From Octopus vulgaris (lineage: Eukaryota): a stretch of 64,000 nt of DNA. The DNA lies in the NCBI GenBank assembly GCA_951406725.2, contig OX597817.1, forward strand, positions 105,834,001-105,898,000, read 5' to 3'. The notes beneath the pieces are model-generated. The model did not search any database. It was not told the DNA's origin and saw only the letters and a program-made list of their open reading frames with translations. Below, piece by piece: positions 54,034 to 64,000 of the stretch. The translations under genes and the position numbers were made by a program. Positions within the stretch are counted from its first letter, which is position 1; each line of letters opens with the position of its first letter.

Positions 54034-54590
54034 AGTACATAAATAAAAATTTTTTACGGAAATTAACGAACTCCGGATGATGAAATCACATTCAGTTAAA
54101 AGTATTTCTAAATGATTAAAATAGTGTGTAGGTCAAAATGTCGATAGTTTTTTCTTAGAGAAGGCGAGAACTATGTGTGTATATATGTCACAGGTAGCGG
54201 ACGAGTGTTTGTGCTGATTGACTCGCCATGACATTCATTATATATGTGTATATTATGTATGTGTGTTGACGTCACGGAAGCCATATGTTCTTTCGTCAAG
54301 AAATAACAAAAATTGTGTTTAATCCTTTAAATAGAGGTTCCAATGTCACAAAAATTTGTACTGCACTGCCGAAGATATGAAAATATTTATGTAAAAAGCA
54401 TTAAGATAAGATACACTATTTCTGAGATATTTCAGTTACACACAAACATCTCAAGAGTTTTAGTATTATCAATATATATATATATATGTGTGTGTGTGTA
54501 TTATACATTGGTATTATACATACATACATATATACATACACACACATATTTATACATATATATGTGTGTGTATGTATATATATATGTATG

Positions 54591-54643
<53 letters not shown>

Positions 54644-55237
54644 ATGTATATATATATATATGTATGTATCATACATATATATAACACATAAAGCTATATA
54701 CACTACTTTGTATCTGGGTATGTGAAAGAATATGTATGCATGCGAGGGAGAGGTTACCTACTAACTAAACTTTATATAGTGGCTTTAAAAAAGTATAGAA
54801 GAGACAGTCATAAATTAGATTTGTACCTAGGCAGATTCTAGTGAGAGTGGAACCAAATGATTTGTTATTACAGAGAAGTGATTCTTTAGATACCTTTCAA
54901 GTACATAATTGTCAAGAACAGCAAACGGTCGGTCTTTATCACTTTATCACGTTTTTGTCTCTATACGCTTGATTTCACTCATTTTATTTTTTATTTTTCT
55001 TCTTAATAATCTGACCATGAACATAGAATTGTGTTTTATAGTTAACTGAACAGGGAGTTCTTTTGGTTTTTGCTTCTTTGTTTTGGAATTTTCTATTTTT
55101 ATTATATGATATTTTTGTATGTCTTTATATATATATAGGTTTAATTTCGTTTGCAAATTGTCGAGTATAGCACACTGCTGTGGTTATTCATTCTGGTTGG
55201 AGTGAAATGACAGATTTAACAAAAAACGTATTCAAAA

Positions 55238-55353
55238 TACCTGAAGAAACACATTTTACACCCTTGATGGATGGTAGAGATTATGCAATAAGTTAATTAT
55301 ATCATATCACCAAAGTACTACAGTTTTTACGATATGTAGAAACAAATGTAGTA
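55238..55353 (+). ncRNA. Type I hammerhead motif with a long (~90 nt) stem II region
   Basis: uac-CUGAAGA-aacacauu...gauaugua-GAAA-CAAAU-GUA-gua. Confidence 0.5.
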
Positions 55354-55438
55354 ATGGGATAATGGGATAAAGAATATCATTCAATCCATTTTCTCTTAAT
55401 CGTTTCTGATGTATATATACATATAATGATATAAACAA

Positions 55439-55472
<34 letters not shown>

Positions 55473-55564
55473 GGGAGAATTCACAAAAGCAAACAAAAGA
55501 CGAAGACAGGTGGTGAAGACAACAAATAGATGTATTAGTATAACGCTCAGGAAGTGAAAAGGTC

Positions 55565-55599
55565 TTTAACGTTTCGAGCCTATGCTCTTCCACAGAAAG
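55565..55599 (-). ncRNA. Minimal hammerhead variant (CUGUGGA core) in a PLE pLTR-like fragment (~55472-55682)
   Basis: CUUU-CUGUGGA-a-gagc auag gcuc-GAAA-C-GUU-AAAG. Confidence 0.65.
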
Positions 55600-55911
55600 G
55601 AACACAGAAAGAACCAACGAGAGAAAATAGAGAATTATAGTGGCTAGCGATCTATCATGGCGAAGGCCGGACAGAAGGGTCGCATATATATATGTATATA
55701 AACTGCTTTATCGAAAGCGTATCTTGTTGTTAAATGCTCGAAATACGAGAGTAGAAAAACAGCCAACAACTGATGAAGGGTCGTTTTCTGCGTTGTTTGT
55801 CTTGATTTCCATTTGTGTCTTTCGTTGTTCAAAAAAAAATAGTTCATATTCCATGTACTCATACTTCGTATTTTTTGTTGTACACGTTTCAAATGAGATA
55901 GGCGGGACATG

Positions 55912-56545
55912 TTATTAAAATGAAAAATGAGCGATTGCCAAAGCGTCTTCTTTACGGTGAGCTCAGCTTTGGTAAGTGACCACAACATAAGCCGAGGAAA
56001 AGGTATAAAGATTGTGTGAAGGAAAACCTGAAGAAACTAGATGTGATCAAAAGTGATTGGGAAACTGATGCTCTGGATTGGAACAAGTGGAGTAGTGCTG
56101 CTATGACTGGTTGCAAGGCATGAGAGGAAAAGATGGAAAGGAACAATTGGAACTGGAATCAGCTGTGAATATTGGATATGTATCACGTGTGATCGTGTTC
56201 TGTTGTCAAAAGTAGGATACGTGAATCATATGAAGTCACACGAAAATCGAAATGCACAGGTAGATAATAATATAAAACCCCAACCGCCTCTTATGACTTG
56301 TGTCATATGTGACAAATCTTATCTGAACTTAAAAGACATATGCCAGTTCACAAAAGCACTCCTTCAGAATGGGCAAAGATGTAGAAGAAACTTGAATATC
56401 TGTCACTTGTGTTTTAGACCCCGTCAGTCAGCAGTTGGTTTTAAAAGTCACATGAGAGCTCATCAACGGAGGAATTGTGCTGTGTAATTGTGTAATGTGT
56501 ATGTTGATGGAACGGCTATCATCTGTCAGAATGAAAGAATCATCA
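55912..56545 (+). mobile_element. 3' end of an RTE-clade LINE with C-terminal C2H2-like fingers
   Basis: RLPKRLLYGELSFGK.PQHKPRKRYKDCVKENLK; CITCDR..YVNHMKSH; CHLC..FKSHMRAH; stops present. Confidence 0.85.
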
Positions 56546-56575
56546 TATATGTGCGTGTGTATGTATGTATGTAGG

Positions 56576-56627
<52 letters not shown>

Positions 56628-56629
56628 AA

Positions 56630-56802
56630 TTGGTTTAACATTTTGGTACAAGGCCAACTAAGTACCGATAGTTTATGGAAATAGTCCCCAGAACGTAAAA
56701 ATTTTATCGACGCTAATGTGAATTTCACCCGCGTATGTATTAGCGAAATGCGGCTAAGTATTTTGCCCGGCGTGCTAACGATTCTGCCAGCTCGCCGCCT
56801 AT
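56630..56802 (-). mobile_element. SINE family B (another copy at 57760-57945)
   Basis: cccggcgtgctaacgattctgccagctcgccgcct. Confidence 0.8.
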
Positions 56803-57278
56803 AAGTCTTGAATATTGCAATGCAAAATAAAATGATGTTCTACCCTAGAAAAGATTAAGCGTCTTCTGGGTAGATTTCTCGCAAAATAAGGCTATTGCTT
56901 TTACTAATCAACACTCTATAACCAACGTGGTATCCTGTAACTTTCACTTTTACTAATGACTCAATAACCTCATATATCGTTTAACAAAAAATAATTTTAT
57001 AAATATTTTCCTTAACCCACTTTCCAGAATTATGCCTATGTTTCCTCTTGAAAAACAATAATTCAAACTAAATATTATCTTTATTAAACTCTTTTTGTTT
57101 TTATTTCAGTGCTGAGACATGGAGATTAACTTTGTAAAAAAGTAGTATGAATATTTGACTTTATTAAAAAAAAAAAAAAGATAGCAATGACCATATTTAA
57201 AGTTTCTAAGACACAAAAGTTTAAGAAAGAATTCAACCACCTATAAATCGATATTATAGAGATTCATTAATAACACTG

Positions 57279-57403
<125 letters not shown>

Positions 57404-58208
57404 AATTTGATTGTTTGTTTGGGTTTTCCTCTCGTTTCTTCTTGCTCATTAATTGCAATACGGTTTTAGTAGCGACAAAGGTCATATTCAACATCAGAGT
57501 TATTTCCGTTGATTAAATCAGTTCTTTTCATTATCCATTTTTACTTGGAGAAAATTTGACACTTTTTGATCTCTGACATTAAAGGAAGTAATAATTGACC
57601 TAATGGTTAGTAAATACTAAATAATTTCATAACCATGGCAGACTATAGCATTAAAAAAATGTTTAGAAAAAAAATTATATCAAACCTTTTACTTATTAAT
57701 TGAAGGAAGAAAGTTGATGAATCTTAACTGGCAATCATCCGGTTATGCATTTATATAACGGTTCCAAATTTTTGCACAAGGTCAACAATTTTAAGAGAGA
57801 GCGTAAGTCGATTACATTGACCCCGAAAGGATGAAAGGAAAGGTCGACCTTAGCGGAATTTGAACCAAGTACGTAAAGCGCTGAAAGAAATTTTGTTAAA
57901 AAGTTTTGTCCCACTTGCTAACGATTCTACCATTACGTCGCTTTAAGGCATTTATTCAATACAACGTACATAGAAGAGGATCATGAGAGCAAAAACAAGC
58001 GAGAGTTTGAATTCTGTTATTACTATTCTTGAGTGGAAAATTTAATCCATCGCCCTGCCGTCAACAAGCGTTGGATGCCCTGTAAAAGGTCATTAGTGCT
58101 GCCTTTCTTCCGTTGATAAAACCGTGAAAAAAAGTTACAAAAAACATTCAATGCCCGTTTGAATTCAGTTCATTTCAATTACTCCATTTATGCTTATGAA
58201 AATATCAT

Positions 58209-58396
<188 letters not shown>

Positions 58397-59296
58397 CGTG
58401 TCCGTCTTCCTTCCTCTGTGTGTGTGGTTGTGTCTAAATAGGAAATCAATTTTTGGTATAAAAACCATCAGCTTACTGTGAACTGAATAAAACAAAAATG
58501 TTATCACGTTGGAATAAAGATTGTAAGTGGGGAGAAATTCTTTTTATTTTATTTTCATCATCTTTCTCGAAGACATTAGCGACATAAGTGAAGTGAAATG
58601 GCGTCAACTGGGAATAAGGTTTGCACAAAGATTACTTATGATTCTTCTCTACAGTCAGTACATGCCACAGTCTAAAAAGATGGTGGGAACAGTGAGTGGT
58701 ATTTAAAGAATGATAATATCTATGGAAATTATAAATAGATAACACTGTATTGATTTCTTACATAGATATACCATCTCAGATTTAGGCAGGTGAAGAAGTG
58801 AAATATGGAAGTGACAACAGATTTGTTGTCTGAAATACAGAGCACTAAATTCGAAACGGATTTAATTTAAGTTAAATCGTTTCTATTAGGAAGAAATTAT
58901 TTCAACGAATTTCTTAGCTTTTTATAGGTCATTTTGATATTGGCATTATTAAGGCTATAATTGTAGGTATGCTAACAACTTCATAACTACAACTCAATAA
59001 ACTACAAGAAAATATTCTAATATATTTCGAATATTCATTGGCTAAATTATGTTCAAAAAGTTGTACACACTGTGTTTGGTGTAGTTTCAGATTGTTTAGA
59101 AATGGAAAATTTTTTCTTTTTGTTAGCATCTGTTAACATCTGTTATATTGAGTTCATGGTGAACTTGAAATAATAATTTTAATCGGATTTGGTGCAAGAG
59201 AATTTTAATATCGATAAACAAACAAAAATAGGATTCCATTTGGAAAGAGACATATGAATAAATACTTCTATTCATCTACACATTTATGCCTAAATG

Positions 59297-59373
<77 letters not shown>

Positions 59374-59441
59374 AACATATGTAAGTACATATATACATCC
59401 ATATATAAGTACATTTATACATATATACACACACACATATA

Positions 59442-59558
<117 letters not shown>

Positions 59559-59570
59559 AAATAATGATAA

Positions 59571-59783
59571 TAATATTTATATGATTGAGGTTATTCCTCC
59601 AGAAAGTAAAAAATCAAATAAAGAAGAGTGCTATTGTTATCAAATGAACGATATTTCGACATCTTGTGTGTCTTCCACAGGTTCAAAAATAAACTTGCCA
59701 ATCTACTTCATTTTGGTAATATTTATATGATTGAGGTTACTTCTCCAGAAAGTAAAGCAAATAAAGAAGTAGTGCCATTGTTA
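59571..59783 (+). repeat. Direct duplication of ~68 bp (59571 and 59718)
   Basis: taatatttatatgattgaggtta..ctccagaaagtaaa..aaataaagaag..gtgc.attgtta occurs twice. Confidence 0.85.
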
Positions 59784-59794
59784 CTACTACTACT

Positions 59795-59826
<32 letters not shown>

Positions 59827-59963
59827 TTATTATTATTAATGGATAGTAAAACGAACGGTTTACACCTGGTAGCTTACTGGTAAAGCACGACCACTTTCAC
59901 AGTGATCGTTATGTATATGGTAAATGAAAGACGGAAGATGGAATATACGAGAATTTATTATTA

Positions 59964-60070
59964 ATCACGACAATTGTTTCGGCACATCTAGTCTCGATCC
60001 CTCACGGGCTAAGACACTCAACAACAGGTTCAGGAGCATCCGGCGATGCAGATGTATCTCATCCAGTGAT
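59964..60070 (-). ncRNA. Decayed type I hammerhead with extended stem II
   Basis: AUCAC-UGGAUGA-gauacaucu...agaugugcc-GAAA-CAAUU-GUC-GUGAU. Confidence 0.6.
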
Positions 60071-60494
60071 AAATAGATACAACTCGTTAAAATAACAGCT
60101 CCACGATGTAACCTCTCGTTGTGTAAAAAGAAAAGCAGCGAAACGGAGGAAATATTTTCATTTACATAGAAGACCAAAAATAAAATCACAGATGGAGAAA
60201 AGAGAAACGAACACGCAATACTGCGAGAAAATCATTTAAAATAACCGTTAACAAACAGAGATGTATAAACGCCTAAGCGCAAGCCGCATGATGCGAGTAC
60301 ACTCGCTCATACAAGCATCCGCGAAACTGCGAGTATACGCAGACGTGGAAGTTTGGTGCATTCATGATCACAAAGCGAGTTAACTATCAACTTGGTGTTC
60401 GTAAGAATGGGGAGGTTAACAGTAAACTTAAGTCATCCATACGTTAAAGTAAATTATGTCAACGGTTACTCAAAATTCATTCCCACTGCATTGT

Positions 60495-60802
<308 letters not shown>

Positions 60803-61559
60803 CAGATATATATATATACAGACATATATAATGCATACATATGTGCATATATGCAGTATATGTATGCATACATATATGTGCATATATACATCATGTGTAT
60901 GCATACAAGCGTCCATGTGTGTGTCTATATATGAGTGTGTAGTTTCTGTGCGTGTGTCTATTCAAACGTACATGCATACACACATACATGCATACATACA
61001 GACAGACATACATATATAAATATATATATAAATATATATATACATATATATGTATATTTATATATGTGTGTGTGAAAGTATGAAATATAAATTTATCGAT
61101 GTGTGCATGTATCATGTACGTGTATCAAATATCTATATATAACAGCATATTTATGCAGCTTTAAACGGATATAAATAATGTATTTATATTTCCACGTATG
61201 TAAACACTTATTTCGTTTCCTTATATTTACATTGGTGTTTCCTTTGCATTAAAGGAAGTACCGACCCTTAATATACTGAAACAATGTTTTTCTTTTTCCT
61301 ATTTTCTTTTATTCTTATGTTTCTCTGTAGCCAAATTTGTCCTTGTGGCTGTACTTAGGATGGTAGCTTATATGTGTAATTCACTGCAGCAAGTCAAAAA
61401 CTAAAGCTGTCATTTCTTTCAAATATCTTACAAATCCGTTGTTCTAACAGAATATTAAATTAATAAGGCTTAAATGGCACTTTCTCTTTGGGAATTTTTC
61501 GGTTCAATATTAAGTACCTTGGGTATAGGTTACGGTTAGGAAGTTCCAGTACCGAAAAT

Positions 61560-61950
61560 AAGGTTCAACGCCATGTATAAAATGTAATCCTCTGCCATTC
61601 CTGTCTAGGGATCAGCTTGCTAAGATTCTCCAGTTCTCTCAGTGCTGACTTGCATACATACAATCACTAAGGTTCACTTTTCTAGTATATTCGTCGCCAT
61701 CCTCAGTCCACAAACGCCCACGACGGTCTCTTGCTTTATTACCCTCAACACTTTCTGTCAGAACGGTCTTGCGGAGTGGTTCAAAGTATGATAGCTTTGT
61801 GGACTCGATTCTCGACAATATGTCTATTTGGACTTTCAGATTTTCTAGTTCTGCAGTTTCTATTACCCTGTCTCTCCAGTTTATCCTGCCCAATCTGAAA
61901 AATACCTGAGTCTCAAATGCTTCAGTCTTTCCCACCATAAATGTATACAC
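61560..61950 (-). pseudogene. Decayed RTE-like LINE RT C-terminus
   Basis: EAFETQVFFRLGRINWRDRV...KLSYF...VEGNKARDRRGRLW. Confidence 0.75.
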
Positions 61951-62151
61951 TGTCCACGTTATGTCAGTCAAGTGTAGAGGATAACTAGCCTCAATTCTGG
62001 GTGCAGTGTTATGTGTTATGAGACGAAGATCTTTTTCATTCTTAAAATGTTGATTCACTCTTTTTTTATTCTTTGAGTAAATTCTTCACAATGACCTTCC
62101 TCATTTATTATTTGTCCTAAATCCTTGAAGCTGTTATTTGTTCAATTACAT

Positions 62152-62208
<57 letters not shown>

Positions 62209-62708
62209 TATGTATGTATGTATGTATGTATGTGTGTATGTATGTATGTATGTATGTATGTATGTATGTATGTATGTATGCGCGCTTACGCAACAGTATC
62301 CGTGATTGTGTTTTATGTTTACACTAATCTGAAAAGCAGACGGTGGTTGTTTATGTCGTGTGTCTCTTTATGTCCCTTGACTTAGCGATTCGACATTACA
62401 GATTGATAAAATAAATAGTGGGCTAAGATTTTTTACAGGTATAGATATTATCGGCTAAATCCTTGAAGGCAGTGCTCCAGCATGACTACAGTCCAATATT
62501 GAAACCAGTAAAGAATAAAAAGTATATGATAGTAACTCTGCCATTTTAATACATGCACGTACATTAATATATATCAGAGTGTTTATATATGTATAACTAC
62601 GTATGAATGGGGGGTATATGTGTGTTCGTGTATGTGCATGTGTGTGTGCATGTGTGTGTGTGTGTGCGCGCGTGAGTGTGTGTGTGTGTGCGTGAGTGTG
62701 TGTGTGTA

Positions 62709-62755
<47 letters not shown>

Positions 62756-63119
62756 TAAAGCTCTCTATTTATACATGTTTTTGTAATATACATCTTGAGG
62801 TCTGTTGACCAATTTGAGGTTGTATTGTTCCTCTTATTATTCATACTATACTGTATTTCCTGCTATAGAATTAGTCCTTGTATGAAATCGAGATTATTTG
62901 GAAAGTTGTATATATTTTTATAACTGGCAGTGTAAAAGGTTCAAATATTGGTTAACAAACAGTTTACTGTCATAGAAATAGTGAAAGTAAGTTATTCTAA
63001 AAAAAAAATTAAAGTAAATTGCAATAGAAACCGGAAATGACGACAGTAACATCCCAAAATATCATGTAAACAATGTATGTATGTATCACTTTCTAACCCA
63101 CGTTTACATTAGTTGAATT

Positions 63120-63300
63120 ATTATTCTTTTACTTGTTTCGGTCATTAGATTGTGGCCATGCTGGGGTGCCGCATTGAAGGTTTTAGTCAAATACATCGAC
63201 CCCCACAATACTTATTTTTTGAAACTTAGCGCTTATTCTATCGGTCTCCTTTTGATTGTCAAGTCGTGATGGGGGACAAACAGAAACACTAAGACACACG
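63120..63300 (-). mobile_element. SINE family A tail
   Basis: ttttacttgtttcggtcatt...ggccatgctgg...ttattctatcggtctc. Confidence 0.75.
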
Positions 63301-63344
63301 TGTATGTATGTGTGTGTGTATATATATGTATGTATATATATATA

Positions 63345-63405
<61 letters not shown>

Positions 63406-63581
63406 ATAAATATTAGGGAATAAATCCAAATTTACAGGGAAAAAAATCAGATTTAGGATTAAATCCAATTTTATAGTAAAATATTATAAAATATTATTAG
63501 AGACAAAACCACTATTTTGCAAAACAAACAAGGAAAGACTTAATCAATACATAAAATTTTAATAAATAGTCAAAAAAACCG

Positions 63582-63624
63582 CCACTACAATTGTTTCTTG
63601 TCTTGATCGACAATCTTCAGGTGG
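63582..63624 (-). ncRNA. Minimal type I hammerhead ribozyme in a PLE pLTR-like fragment
   Basis: CCAC-CUGAAGA-UUGUC gaucaa GACAA-GAAA-CAAUU-GUA-GUGG; palindromic ACAAUUGU stem III. Confidence 0.85.
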
Positions 63625-64000
63625 ACTTCCAATCTAAAAAATCAATATTTTAAAATATAAAAATAATAATTTTAAAATAATTAAAGTATTAATGAAAAAT
63701 ATAAATATATAATCCATATATAACCTATATATAATCCATATATAATCAATATATAAACAATATATAAACTAAAATAAACCTATCAACAATTAAATATAAA
63801 ATATAAAATATAAAATATAAAATATAAAACAAAACAAAAAATAATAATAATATAATAATAAACTATATATACACCCATACACATATAACTAATTATATAT
63901 AACCATATCTAACTACATACACTAAATCACACACCTATATATATATATCCCTATACATACACATAAAAACGTCTAGGCAACTATAAATAAATAAAATAGC

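Noticed and set aside
55735-55785. Possible type II hammerhead (cgaaa...ctgatga)
   Set aside because: Stem I and the NUH/stem III geometry do not pair convincingly
56203-56487. Host C2H2 zinc-finger gene
   Set aside because: Contiguous with an RTE RT C-terminus and broken by stops and frameshifts; part of the LINE ORF

Overview
AT-rich, microsatellite-saturated animal genomic DNA. The SINE families and repeat landscape resemble a cephalopod (Octopus-like) genome, which is an inference. Nearly all ORFs in the supplied track are translations of simple repeats. Most recognisable content is decayed mobile DNA: a full-length-sized but frameshifted mariner, remnants of Tc1, maT-like, pogo/Tigger and hAT transposons, a Gypsy LTR remnant, Penelope-like (PLE) RT and GIY-YIG remnants, R4/Dong-type and RTE LINE 3' ends, non-autonomous Helitrons, MITEs and many tRNA-derived SINEs. 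One probable host coding exon (coiled-coil, minus strand, ~36.1 kb) and a few weak exon and promoter candidates are present. The most striking hidden layer is more than a dozen minimal type I hammerhead ribozyme (HHR) motifs with palindromic stem III, several with an intact catalytic core. They sit in short elements embedded in (TA)n/(CA)n tracts, often as head-to-head palindromes, and include a young 362-bp retrozyme-like unit with tandem and inverted copies at 52.2-52.9 kb. Coordinates were read by eye and may be off by a few bases; no database searches were run.
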